Positions 26,275 to 39,195 of a DNA stretch of 64,000 nucleotides are shown here, piece after piece (position 1 is the stretch's first letter; every line of letters starts with the position of its first letter). The DNA is from Octopus sinensis. Lineage: Eukaryota. Under the pieces are notes generated by a model. That model saw only the letters and a list, made by a program, of their open reading frames with translations. It made no database searches and was not told the DNA's origin. Made by a program: the position numbers and the translations under genes. Location: contig NC_043006.1 in assembly GCF_006345805.1 (NCBI RefSeq), forward strand, positions 32,674,001-32,738,000, written 5' to 3'.

Positions 26275-26610
26275 TATTGGTTTGACATTTTGATACAAGG
26301 TCCGCAATTTCTGGGAAGGGGTCAAGCTGATTACATTGACCCCAGTGCTCAAGTGGTACTGATTTTATCGTCACCGAAAGGACGAAAGGCAAAGTGGACT
26401 CCGGCGCAATTTGAACTTAGAACGTAAAGATTGTAAAGATGGACGAAATGCTACTAAGCAGTTTGTCCAGCATGCTAACAATTCAGCCAGTTCAAATCTT
26501 ACCGAGGTTAGCTTCGCTTTTCCTCAATTCATGGTCTATAAAATAAAAGTACCCGTTCGACTTATTCCTTCCCCTCAGAAATGCAGGCTTATCCCTAAAT
26601 CCAAAACCAT
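26275..26610. mobile_element. Two diverged SINE family A copies, head-to-head
   Basis: Minus copy CGAAAGGACGAAAGGCAAAG (26376); plus fragment TTCAAATCTTACCGAGGTTAGCTTCGC..AAATAAAAGTACC. Confidence 0.65.
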
Positions 26611-27489
26611 TTGTTAAAGTCTGCATCAATCAAGCAGATACACAATCAAAACCTCGTTCCTGCTATGACCATCTTTCATTTTCTGTGTATGCGAAAACCA
26701 GATTGTCCATTGTGTCCGTTCTTTAGAGAAAATAATATTTTGAGAAAGATTTGATTGTTCTTTCTAGCCTGTCGATCGACCACTTAGAGACTCGCCTGAC
26801 AGTTCGATTTCTTTGAGTTATTATCTTGAAGTGACACATTCATTTCCGAGAATAAGTGATCTTATAATTTGATTGGTTAAAAATATCCACACCACCAGAC
26901 AATATAATAGACAGGGTCCTGTACACGACCGATAGATCTGCTCGAAATAATAGCCAACAGAAGCGTTATTCAGCCATTCTAAAAAAGAAAAATATAAAAC
27001 GCATTGGATAGTGCAGTCCGAGATGGACTAAGCTTTTGGTGACAGCCAGGACACCTTTGATCTTAGGACTGCTTAATTAGACCATTAGTTAGGCTAACAA
27101 CATTATTACCAACAACAACAATGATCATTACTTCTAAATCTTATCGATTACAGACAGACAATATTTCCAATAGCTTTTCAGGTGATCTTTCAAAATATCT
27201 GTGCTGATGAATTGGGAAAAGAGGCTTAAATTCGAGAAGATAACAGTTTAGTAGTAATCGAGATCAATTTTTATGTTTGGTTGTAATAATTACTTTCTGT
27301 CAGGAAACTTGATAACCGGAGCCTTTCTGACACAATGCCAACCACAGATTTCCGATTCCTTTCAGAGATATTATTACGACGTTGTCTCGTGTGAAATGAA
27401 TTTATAAGATTGAAATAGTCATAGGCGATAGTTTCGAGAATCTTCTCGTGTTTCTTGAACTACGTTTTATTCTTGGAATCTTGGAATCT

Positions 27490-27992
27490 TTTATCTTTCA
27501 CTTGCTTCAGTCATTAGGCTGCGGTCATACTGGGGCACCGCCTTGAAGAATTTTATTCGAAACGAGAACATAAACACTCCAATACTGGTTGTAAAGCGGT
27601 GGGGTAGAAGCAAACATAGACACATATCCACATACACACACATAAATACATACATACATACATACATACATACATACATACATACATACATACATACATA
27701 CATACATACATACATACATACATACATACATACATAGGGTTGGTGCATAATTATTGCGGCTTTTTGTTAACAAATCTTATTCAACAAAAACAATGACAAC
27801 ATGTAACAAAAACATCTTTAAATGATTATTCCGGAGCATATTCACCATCAACGTCAATTACTGCTACCGATTTGCTTGGCAGACGGTCAGACCCTCATTT
27901 AAAGATGTTTTTGCTAAATATTGTTATTGTTTTTGTTGAATAAAATTCGTTGAAAAGAGGATGCAATCATTATGCACCAACCCATTTCATAT

Positions 27993-28024
<32 letters not shown>

Positions 28025-28200
28025 ATATATATATATGACAGGCTTCTTTCAGCTTCCGTCTTCCAAATCCACGTCACAAGGTTTTGGTCGGCCCAGGGCT
28101 ATAGCAGATGACACTTAATCCAAGGTACCACACAGTGGGACTGAACCTGGGACTATGTGGCTAGGAAACAAACAAACCTTTTACCACACAGCCACTCCTG
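27490..28200 (-). mobile_element. SINE family B split by an internal (TACA)n/(TA)n tract and a mariner MITE
   Basis: 3' module at 27490-27625; 5' module GACAGGCTTCTTTCAG..CACACAGCCACTCC at 28035-28200. Confidence 0.8.
27737..27983. mobile_element. Mariner-type non-autonomous element (MITE) with long TIRs
   Basis: GGGTTGGTGCATAATTATTGC ... GCAATCATTATGCACCAACCC; subterminal IR TTATTCAACAAAAACAAT/ATTGTTTTTGTTGAATAA; interior minus-strand remnant ..DVDGEYAPE* resembles a mariner C-terminus; TA on the left flank. Confidence 0.85.
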
Positions 28201-29220
28201 TATAACAGTTTAAATCTTCGATTTTTACGGTTATTATATTTTTTTTATTAGTTGAAGTTTATTCTGATCTGAAATGACTCTTCTTTAGAGTGCATCAATA
28301 ATGAATCATAACATATTAAAAAGAAGAAAAGAACTAATTCTAATTACGTACAATCATGAAAAAAATGCATTAAATTCTAATATTTATGAAAGCTGACACG
28401 TAAATTTCAACAAAAATCGTAATTATGCCAAATAAAAATCGAACGAAGAATAAAAACCAGAGCCATGATAATTGACATAAAACAAAATGTCTAATTCCAA
28501 AAGCTGGAATTCATGTCCACAATAATTCAATTAATCCAATAAAAGCGGTTATTTCCAGTCGATATTAAGCAACATTGTCTTTCCGAAGGACACTTAACAT
28601 CTGATAACTGGTTTCCGTACGCGACGGTGTGATTAGCTTATGACGTCAGATGGGGCTTAAAAGTTTAAACATTAATTCGTTGTCGCTGATCATAGACTGA
28701 TGAATGATGCCGATCTGATAAACGGGAATACAGCAAACGTGCAGCTGACGATTTGTATTCCTAGTAAATCATGCAGACATGCAGACACATATATCTAACA
28801 TGAAGGGCAAAACTATCATGGTGATTTTGATGTATGTGCGTCCAGTCCTTCCAAAAAGCCGGACACCTATTATTCTAACAACGATGCCAGTTGTTCTAAA
28901 ATATGAACGAATTATTCATTGAGTTAGCTTTCGAAATAGCCGAGTATTCCACAGACGCGTATGTCATCAACGTAATTATCGAATACAATCAACGTCGCAC
29001 GGTGTGTCTAGACTGGAAATTAGAATTACAAGAACAGGCCATCCAACGGGATTTTAACGAAGATCCTACCTACAATGTTTCACTGAAATAGCGTAAGTCG
29101 AGCGGATGTCTTGGCAATGACAGTTGTCTGAAGTATCATTCGGCGAGTTTGAACACGAGATCACATGATTGCTAAGCGTGGTAACCAATCCAGGCATGTT
29201 TTCGGCGATATATATTTACT

Positions 29221-29430
29221 CTTTTCTACTGTAGGCACAAGGCCCGAAATTTTTTTGGTGGGGACAGTCGATTAGATCGACCCCAGAACGCAACTGGTAC
29301 TTAACTTATCAACCCGAAAGGATGAAAGGCAAAGTTGACCTCGGTGGAATTTGAACTCTGAACATAAACACAGACGAAATACCGCTAAGCATTTCGCCCG
29401 GTATGGTAACGTTTCTGCCAGCTCGCCACC
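29221..29430 (-). mobile_element. SINE family A
   Basis: Near-consensus copy. Confidence 0.9.
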
Positions 29431-30496
29431 GTAGAGATTTACTGGAATTCATATGATATTGTACACAACGCACGCATACATACACACACATGCGCACAAA
29501 CACACACTCACACACACATACACATACACAAATACACACACCCGCACACAAGCGTGAGAGACTGTGTGTCTCTGAAGTGCTTGTGTATCGTTCCAATGGA
29601 AGTATTACCTATATTGTTTTGTGATCAATTGGTAGTCTTGTGCTATTGTGATGTTCTTTCTCTCATTCGTACTGTTGCGAATTAAAACCATTGCCATTGC
29701 ATTCCCTCGCTTGACTTTGCAGTTCGCTAAACAGAATGGAGGGGAAAATATGTATCTCTTAATGACGTCGTGTGTTGCCGAAAAGAGTTTAGACAAATTA
29801 CATTAAGTACGTGTTTACACTATTAGTTTATTGGTTTATACTTTTACACCTGCTTCTAACTAAAACTTGTTAGTGTGTGGTGTGTGTGTGTGTGTGTGTG
29901 TGTGCGTGCAGATAGATAAACAGAGAGACAGATAGATAGACATATAGAAATATAAATAGACAGACAGACTGGCAAACATATGAATAACTCCTGGTTTTAC
30001 TAAATTTGTAAAACCTACCGTCCCAACGGGTTCTGATAAGAATGAAATATATGTTACTTCACGACCAGAGCCACTGCATTGCCTCTATTATCCAGGTGTT
30101 TGATCAAATAACCTTTTTTGAGATATTTCGTTTGTTTGTTGTTACAGACTTTATACCGCCACGAGAGAAAGATTTCTCTACGAATTGGTAGGGTCATATC
30201 CGTTGATCGATATTAAATGTCTGTTATGCTACCACTTCCATGTTTAATACGCAAATTGTTTCTTTGCGTTTTCTTCATCCTTCAGTTTCTAAAAATTGAA
30301 ACAAAACTACCTTCCAAATGATAATGTAGAAATTGGTACTGTCGGTTAACATGCGCTTTGAGCATGCCCTGCTTATACAGGTGGGCCAATATATGTGTAT
30401 CTTCAGCTAGATCAACTGAGTTTTCGTTTATTCAGCGAATCAGATGCCTGGGTTGAAATATAATATTCCTGAGTAGTGCATTATAAAAGAGTAAAG

Positions 30497-30822
30497 ACCC
30501 CCTTCAGCCATAAGTGACCATGGGATTGCACCTACAAAGTTCCCCTCCGAGGCACAAGTCCGGACAAGGTTGTTTATGGAAGACCAGCAATCGCCCATGC
30601 ATACCAGCCTCCCCTCTCCACGTCACTGATGTTATTCATTGGAAAAGCAAAGACCGATACAGCCTGGCACTAGTGACGTCGCAACTCATTTCTACTGTTA
30701 AGTGAACTGAAACAAGATGAAATAAAGTGACTTGCTGAAGAACACAACACACACCTCAGTCCAGGAATCGAACTCACTACCTCATGATTGTGAGCCCGAC
30801 GCTCTAACCGCTGAACCAGACA
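30497..30822 (-). mobile_element. SINE family C
   Basis: GACCATGGGATTGCACCTACAAAG..GACGTCGCAACTCATTTCTAC..GGAATCGAACTC..CTCTAACC. Confidence 0.88.
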
Positions 30823-31159
30823 CTGTATTGTCCGCTTATGTATAGCTTGTTCTGCTTCACAAGACTAACAGCGGCCTTGATTAGACATCTAATTATAACT
30901 ATATTGGGACATTGACATATTTTGAAATATATCCATATGACACACCATCCTGTTCACTAGATAATAAAGGCGAGGGTCATTGTTCTATAAATAAATTAAT
31001 AGACAAACTTATGTGCGTTTGTATGAGTCCGTTTGCTTCTAAGTGTATGTTTGTAGGCATTTAATTATTTACATGTGACGTGTAGACAGTATGATCTATA
31101 TATAACAGCTTACAACACTTGGGCATAACGGCGGTATTACCTTTAATGAGGTAAAGCGA

Positions 31160-31198
<39 letters not shown>

Positions 31199-31291
31199 TA
31201 ATATTATTAGAGACAAAACCACTATTTTGCAAAACAAACAAGGAAAGACTTAATCAATACATAAAATTTTAATAAAAAGTCAAAAAAACCG

Positions 31292-31333
31292 CCACTACAA
31301 TTGTTTCTTGTCTGATCGACAATCTTCAGGTGG
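31292..31333 (-). ncRNA. Type-I hammerhead ribozyme (left palindrome arm)
   Basis: CCAC CUGAAGA UUGUC GAUCA GACAA GAAAC AAUU GUA GUGG; stem I CCAC/GUGG, stem II 5 bp, palindromic stem III ACAAUUGU, cleavage triplet GUA. Confidence 0.85.
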
Positions 31334-31385
31334 ACTTCCAATAAGTCAGTTTCAAATTATAATTTGAAACTGACTTATTGGAAGT

Positions 31386-31427
31386 CCACCTGAAGATTGT
31401 CGATCAAGACAAGAACAATTGTAGTGG
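31386..31427 (+). ncRNA. Type-I hammerhead ribozyme (right palindrome arm; GAAA reads GAA)
   Basis: CCAC CUGAAGA UUGUC GAUCAA GACAA GAAC AAUU GUA GUGG; one A missing from the core, either mutation or read error. Confidence 0.6.
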
Positions 31428-31599
31428 CGGTTTTTTTGACTTTTTATTAAAATTTTATTGATGATTAAGTCTTTCCTTGTTTGTTTTGCAAAATAGTGGT
31501 TTTGTCTCTAATAAATATATAATATTTTACTATAAAATTGGATTTAATCCTAAATCTGATTTTTTCTCTGTAAATTTGGATTTATTCCCTAATATTTAT

Positions 31600-31692
<93 letters not shown>

Positions 31693-31754
31693 CTATGTAT
31701 ATATTATATATATATATTATATATATATATATATATATAGATATATATATATAT

Positions 31755-31975
31755 AGTTAATCCAAACATGAAAACACAAAGACAAAACACAACAACGCGA
31801 GGACGTGGAACAAATATAGTATTATTGGACGCTCAGGAAGGAAGGGAAGAAGAGGGTTTAACGTTTCGAGCGGAGCTCTTCGTCGGAAACATAGGAGAAG
31901 GAACGATCCAGAGAAGGGAAGACAGAGGAAAAAAAATCGCGAACGGTACACACGCGGTCACATTTTGAATCATAT
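31755..31975 (-). mobile_element. Short PLE-type repeat with hammerhead motif at 31856-31890
   Basis: Minus GUUU CCGACGA A GAGC UCC GCUC GAAAC GUU AAAC (U4C); body homologous to 8863-8985, 23675-23850 and 54410-54620; (TA)n on both sides. Confidence 0.75.
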
Positions 31976-32196
31976 ATATATATGTGTGTGTGTGTGGTGT
32001 GTGTGTGTGTGTGGTGTGTTGTGTGTGTGTGTGTTGTGTGTGTGTTGTGTGTGTGTGTGTGTGTATTGTGTGTGTGTGTGGTGTAATGTACACACACACA
32101 CACATATATATATTGGTTGCTCAATAGCAATTTAACAGCTCAAAGACAAAATTGTAGACGTCGCTAAAGTGACAGAGGGTATTAATTAGTACCAGC

Positions 32197-32586
32197 ATTG
32201 CTAGAAATAAGAGTCAAAACAACTCAGTAGCCACAGATAGCACCATCTTAATGAGTAACAAGGGGGAGAAGCTCCCTACAACAGCGGATATAGCCAGATC
32301 ACCAGTGATTTTGAATTTTGATGCAAGAGCATCTTAATTCTCATTGGTGGCTCTTACTGCGCTTAGGGTTAAATTAGTGCATGAGTTCAACGGATTACTT
32401 ATAAGCTAAGGTAAGCTGAGTTTAACTCCAGCCGCAGTAAAAGCCACCGATGAGAATTAAGATGCTCTTGCATCAAAATTCGAAGTCACTGCTGATCTGG
32501 TTATATCCGCTGTTGCCTCCCTTGTTACTCATTAAGATGGTGCTATCTGTAGCTACTGAGTTGTTTTGACTGTTATTTCTAGCAAT
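32197..32586. mobile_element. Foldback/MITE-like long inverted repeat
   Basis: Arms ~32197-32373 and 32421-32586 (ATTGCTAGAAATAA..GATGCAAGAGCATCTTAATTCTC / GAGAATTAAGATGCTCTTGCATC..TTATTTCTAGCAAT), 47-nt spacer. Confidence 0.85.
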
Positions 32587-32605
32587 ACTCCTCTCTCTAT
32601 CTCTC

Positions 32606-32649
<44 letters not shown>

Positions 32650-32666
32650 ATATATCTATACTTATC

Positions 32667-32827
<161 letters not shown>

Positions 32828-32910
32828 GGGAGTATAACTCCAAAATTACAGGGAAAAATTCACTTTAGTATTAAATCAAATTTCACAATATAAATATATA
32901 ATATATATAA

Positions 32911-33163
32911 ATTAGAGAAAACCACTATTATGTAATTCAAACAATGATAGACATAAGCCATATCATATAGAAAAAAATTGATATATTATAAAACATATAT
33001 CTAGATCACAAAATGTACAAAAAAATGAATATTATAAAATGACCATTATATAATAAGTAAAAAGACTACCTACGTTTCGTGGCTATAACTTCAATTCGAA
33101 TTACAATTAAATTTAAATTTAATCCAAAAACGAATTCAATTTAAAAGTATAGACACTCCTCAG
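32911..33163 (-). mobile_element. AT-rich PLE-type terminal repeat with hammerhead core (33065-33163)
   Basis: Shares the end ATTAGAGA(C)AAAACCACTATT with the 31205 palindrome arm; minus CUGAGGA GUGUCUAUA..UAUAGCCAC GAAAC GUA GGUAGU. Confidence 0.55.
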
Positions 33164-33678
33164 TTCAATAATAATAACAATAATAGTTAAATAAATACAT
33201 ATATTTAATAAATTATCAAATAGAATTAAACAATATTTCTTAAAGAAATAAAAAACATGATTCTTCTTATAGAGGAAACTCCGTTAACTAAATTTAAAAT
33301 GTAGGACCAGGTGTCTATAATATATTTATCATGTTAAAAACCTAAGGTAAAAAATAGAGTAAATAGATTAAAAAATGTATTTTATCTGTGAAGATATATT
33401 TTAGCTTTGAGAATGATATTAACAAACTATAGCATATCTTTACTGGACAAATATAAGAGTCTAATTAATTAAAGTAAAAATACTTAAAATATATCATATA
33501 CTTAAGTTAATCTAAATTACTATAATTTAATCATTATGCTAAAAATTTTAAGATTCTAAAACCACCCCTGGAACGTAAGAAATTTATGTTTCCAGTTTGG
33601 AGAAAATCAGTTTAAAAACACGGCTGTTATATTCTTTTACACACACACACACACACACACAAACAGAACGGGATTTAC

Positions 33679-33737
<59 letters not shown>

Positions 33738-33970
33738 GTGTATGTGTGTGTCAAAACGCTACCCTGCTCATTAAAACAACATAGAAACTTATCTCTAATG
33801 CTATTGATGCTCTGAAAAATGTTTGTACTTCTGTCGAATTTCTTCGCGTTACTTTGACAGCTCTTCAGAGAAAACCAGTCCGCATTCCTTCTAAATTTGA
33901 TTCTTGTTATTCTTGTTATAAGTCGGAGCATTACAAATGGTAGCTCTGCAAATTAATTTTAACTAATACA

Positions 33971-34052
<82 letters not shown>

Positions 34053-35176
34053 ATATACATCTGTCTATCTATATATATTTATATATTATTTAATAAGCAG
34101 TATATGTTTTTATGTTCTACTATTTGTTCCATGTCTTGAGAACATGCCAGGAAGTATATTTTTTAACACGTATGGTGTCTTAGCACAATTATAATTGGGG
34201 AGAGAAAATGGTGTGCTCAGCCGTCCACCTTTGTCGTGATAACGATGGTGTTGTTGCAGTCGTAGAAATGGCCACTCCACATTGCGAGTTTCATTTCTGA
34301 GGCGGGCCATTGTTATCCGTTTTTCAGGGGGGGGGGGCGAAATCGGTAGTGCCGAGTCCAAGAATACATGAGGTGGCAACGGCTACTGGGACAAATTGAT
34401 AATGGCCGGTTAGGTCCCTCTATTTACTTTTCTCTCTTCTGCATTACAGACTGTAGGATACAGCGTGAAGTGTAATATGAGGTAAAACTGGTTTGTAGCG
34501 TGCGTTTCAGTGAAGGGGGAGATAAGCAGCTAGCATTTTGCGAGAAGTTGAGGCCGCTGGAGTAGAGTGATATTTGTAACGAGCTGATGGGATAGTCTTT
34601 GCCAATCAGCTGAAGAGTATTGGTAGGGAGCCAGTCTGAAATATCTGCATATCTAAAGCGGCACTGCCCAAAATATGTGCGCAGTTCCACAATCTGATTC
34701 ACAAGAGACTGAGTAAGTTAATTAGGATAAATATTTTTCAGATCCCAAAGAACAGGCCTAATCTAGTAGTTTTAACGAAGCCATAACACTGAATCAGTTA
34801 TGAGGCATCACAAATGATTATAAAGTCAAGGTTTGATGTTTATTATTTTGATGATGTCCGAATCTGTTTCCTTGATGTATGTATTACATGTGTCGTCGTA
34901 TAAATGAAGGGGTTTATAGCTCGCCATGTTCTCATTTGCGTTATACTTTTGAATTCGTTATTTGTGTATACCATAAAGGGGTGTCTAGCATGTAGGTGTA
35001 TGAAAGCAGCGTGTGGAAGGGTGAGAACGAACAAAGACTGGTGCAATGTGCATAGTATTTTGCAGCATTCTGTATTGCTTCAAGACACAATTCAGCAAAG
35101 TTGTCCACGTACAGCAGGAAGGATGTAAGAGACATAACCCAGTTCGGCTGTACATAAGTAGTGTTAGTGCTAGAAA

Positions 35177-35280
<104 letters not shown>

Positions 35281-36499
35281 AATAGTTCCGTCGAAAACAC
35301 AATACGAAGATTTTGATGAGAGATATTTGGAACGAAATCAGAAAAGCTAAAAACGTGGGGTTCAGAATCGAAATGCGATTTTAATATTAATATGAGACAA
35401 CATATTTTAAGAGAGATCGTCGTAGATTAGATCGATTGCATTTAGTATAAAATGTAAAGACTTTTTAAAGCGTTTATTTACAACGTTAAGAGATATAACA
35501 AACTGCAGCATGTTACTTTGATTAGCCATTCATGAATTGCTTATAAAGTTCATGCATTGTACAACTTTCGTAGGCTCATCAAAATCTGGGCTTCTAATGT
35601 TAATCTCGAATGTAGCTTTCTGATTTTTCTGGTGTACTTTTGAATTATATTATCACGTAATATCGCTAAACTTGCTTCTCTTGACTTAATTGGTCAATGC
35701 GGTTTACATGTACAGTTTTCAGTGAATCGCTTTTAATTAATTTGCTTTCTTTATTACAGAGTAACCATTGTACTATTGTACATGATTGTAATTGTCATGT
35801 TGTTTTCTTATAAGAGGGTATTTTCTAATAAAAAGACATATTTCAAATGGCCTTTAAAGTTTCATAATTTTCCCATAATTTTAACATTCTAAATACTTTA
35901 CTTTATTTACAATCTGAATTCGTTTTGTATTCGCGCATAGAGAAAAGCGAAAGTTAGAAAAGGTTTTTTCTTTACGAGATGGTTTATAAGTCTACTTAAG
36001 TATCGTCTGTCTGTGCAATTAATGTGACAGTTTGAAGCAATTATTCTTCACCAATTATTGAAATCATCTGTGTATTTGTCGTAACAAAGATGTTAGTGGT
36101 ATTTACAAAGCATCAGGAAGATTGATTGGAAATTTAAGGAATAAAAAAGCTATAGTGATTAAGAGAATAATCTGTCGAGTAGCAACATGTACTTCGATTT
36201 GCATATATAAAATTATCATTTTGCATTACCTCAGTCGATCTCTCAAATGTTAACATTGCAGTGATTTAAATAACTCATTAGTTATTTGAATCAATGCAGA
36301 GGGAGATAACTCGCTTTGGATCTGATTCTGTTTAAACTGTTCAAACATACATTGCAGCGATTTTCGTAAACACTTTCCATTACTGAAGTGGCAATTCTGT
36401 TTCACCGTAAGAGTAACAACATACAATTCACACACATCGTATAAAGCACTATCTGAATATGAAATTCAAATTGGCTCATATATAAACCTTGTGTCTTGA

Positions 36500-36546
<47 letters not shown>

Positions 36547-36839
36547 GTAAATATATATATACATATATAAGCATATTCATATACATACATACATACACAC
36601 ATACACACACACACATATATATATATCAAATTAATCAAGATATCAATTAGAAATGCAATACGACTGTTTCAAGCGGATCCATTTAGTTGAACAATGCAAT
36701 CATTGCATCACATTAAATACACCGCTCTCTGCAGCTGCACAAATATGGAACTTCAACAAACAAGATACATTAATATAATTTCTCTTAAATATTTTAACAG
36801 AGCAAGAGGATGGAAGAAACTCAAGTTGTCGCTATTGCA

Positions 36840-37248
36840 GGAAGAATAGCTAAGAGAACAGACTACAATTTTCGAGATCACATAAACCTTTAACATTTGG
36901 CCTCCTAATTCCCCAGATCTCAATCAATTGGTCTATTACACGCGGAGTGTTGTTGAGAGAGGGGTCAATGAAGACGCCCATGACACCAAAGATTCTTTGA
37001 AAGCTGCCATAGTAAGATTAATGTCCAAAATGAACCAGGCCTGCTTGATTCGAATATATAGATGATTTAGATCTCATACAGAAGCAGTTGTTGAAGCTGA
37101 AGGTGGCTTTATTGAATAACATTATAGAAAAGAAAGTTTATTTTTATCCTCATAGCATTTTTTTATAAATAAAGTTATTATTTGTTATTATATATCTGTT
37201 TTATTTTATAAACATAAATCTGTCCTGAAATATTTTACGCATCCTGTA
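36840..37248 (+). mobile_element. Tc1/mariner-superfamily transposase 3' remnant with right end
   Basis: WPPNSPDLNQLVYYTRSVVERGVNEDAHDTKDSLKAAIVRLMSKMNQACLIRIYR*FRSHTEAVVEAEGGFIE* (36898-37119); ends ..TTACGCATCCTG|TA. Confidence 0.88.
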
Positions 37249-37480
37249 TAATGAGTGAGGGAAACGGAAAATGGATTTAGTAAGAATCTTTATTGAACAC
37301 AACGATCATTTCGACCCCTCCTGCATTTATCCCTCTTCCGTGAGATGTCTAGATTGTACATCCAGTTGTGTTACATCCACCAACGCCGGGTGTGTTTCAT
37401 AGATTACATCAGGTAGCCTAAACAGTGAAATTGCATTAATCCGCATACTACTAGACATATACTCAAAGTCCACATAATTA

Positions 37481-37566
<86 letters not shown>

Positions 37567-38064
37567 ATGTGTGTGTGTGTGTATATATGTATGTATGTAT
37601 GTGTGTGTAACGATGAGAAACAAAAGATAGATAGTTTATTCTGTTGAATATATTCTGTTGTAAAATTGTAATGTACAAAATTCATGTACGAAAAATATAT
37701 AGGGATGTAAATGTGTAAATACACTAAAATACATCAAACATACGTTAAAAACATATAGATATAAATATATAAATATGCTAAGAATATATTAAGAACATAA
37801 AATATGTAGACCTACTTACAATAAAAATGGTATTAAAGTTATATACACAGAATGGATGGAGTGCAGAGAGTATTGTAAATCCATATAGATGTTTATAGTT
37901 CGTTAAAATCCGACGGCCGTTTCCCGGGACTAAGTGGTGCAAAGAATTCCCCCATGTATCGAATTCCACCATAGTGCATGACAAATTTAGCCGTACCAGT
38001 TGGAAAATTCCCTAAGAACGAAGTGGTGATATTAGATTAATGGAACTTAAATTCTATTACATCT

Positions 38065-38387
38065 TTGCGTGCAGTTTGTGACAGACTATGCTTTTCTTTT
38101 GCTGGGGTGAAATCTCATTTGCGAACCCATGGAAAACGAACCTCCACCAGCTATTCTGCCTATATGTCTGTGCACACCTTTGAATACAATGTATGTCGGA
38201 AAGTTTGCAAATCTAACGAAGGCCTCAAAAGACATTTTAAGATCCTCAAAGAGCAGAACTTATATGCAGCTCTTGGTGGTCCAGATTGGATATGCAATCT
38301 ATGTGGGTCTCTTCAAAATATTGTCTGGTCTAAAAAGCCACATCAGATGCCATGATAGTTCTATGGTGTAGGTACAGGAGGTAGTAG
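38065..38387 (+). pseudogene. Three degenerate C2H2-like fingers without TGEKP linkers; probably a retroelement (RTE-like) C-terminus
   Basis: AVCDRLCFSFAGVKSHLRTH; YNVCRKVCKSNEGLKRHFKIL; CNLCG-(frameshift)-FKILSGLKSHIRCH; followed by a (GTA)n/(GTG)n tail. Confidence 0.6.
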
Positions 38388-39195
38388 TAGTAGTAGTAGT
38401 GGTGGTGGTGGTGTGGTGGTGGTGGTGGTGGTGGTGGTGGTAGTAGTAGTAGTAATAGTAGTAGTAGTAGTAGCTGCTGCTGCTGCAGCAACATTACCGA
38501 CAGTGATAGCAGGATTAACCGAGGCAATAGCGATAGAAGCGAGGGAAAGTAAGGTCATTGATGAAGCTAGATGAGAGGTGAAGTTTGGGTTAAAAGTAGG
38601 AAACGCGCTGTTGCAGCTATTGACATTGTTGTTCTTGTTGTGGTTGTCACATATTGTTGTTGCTATGCACGTAGTACTTGTTGCCATTGTTCCTGTTGAA
38701 AAAAAAAAGGCAAGGGGAATATTTATTAATCTTCCGTTTGTTGACCATTAAGTATCAAAACTATTGTTGTCGTTTTGTACAAAAGATGTGACAGACAAAT
38801 ATTAAATTGAATTCGTGTTTATTTGTATATATTATAATTGGACTATTTTTAATATAAATGCACTCAATTTGACTTATAGTGAAAAGCGCCATATGCGCAG
38901 CTGTTATTGAAATACCTCTAAGGGATTGTCAGTAAACATATTTACTTCCTTATTTCGCATGATCTACAGTATTGTAAAAACTCAGGAATTATGTTGATTT
39001 ATATAAATGCTAGGATCTAAACGTAGATGTATACACACATCTGCCTATATTGATAAACTTTACGCATGCGTACAAACATATATAATTCCATTATGCTTAA
39101 GCTATAGGCCATATAATATTAATGGTAGAAAAAACACCGAAGTTGTAGATATCGTTGGCATTAAGATTTGGCTGGTGTGCAACTACCGGACGTCC

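Larger units (their letters stand above)
31205..31513. repeat. Spacerless palindrome (~155-bp arms) of a PLE-type terminal repeat
   Basis: Centre CAAATTA|TAATTTG between 31359 and 31360; arms differ only by a few small indels. Confidence 0.95.
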
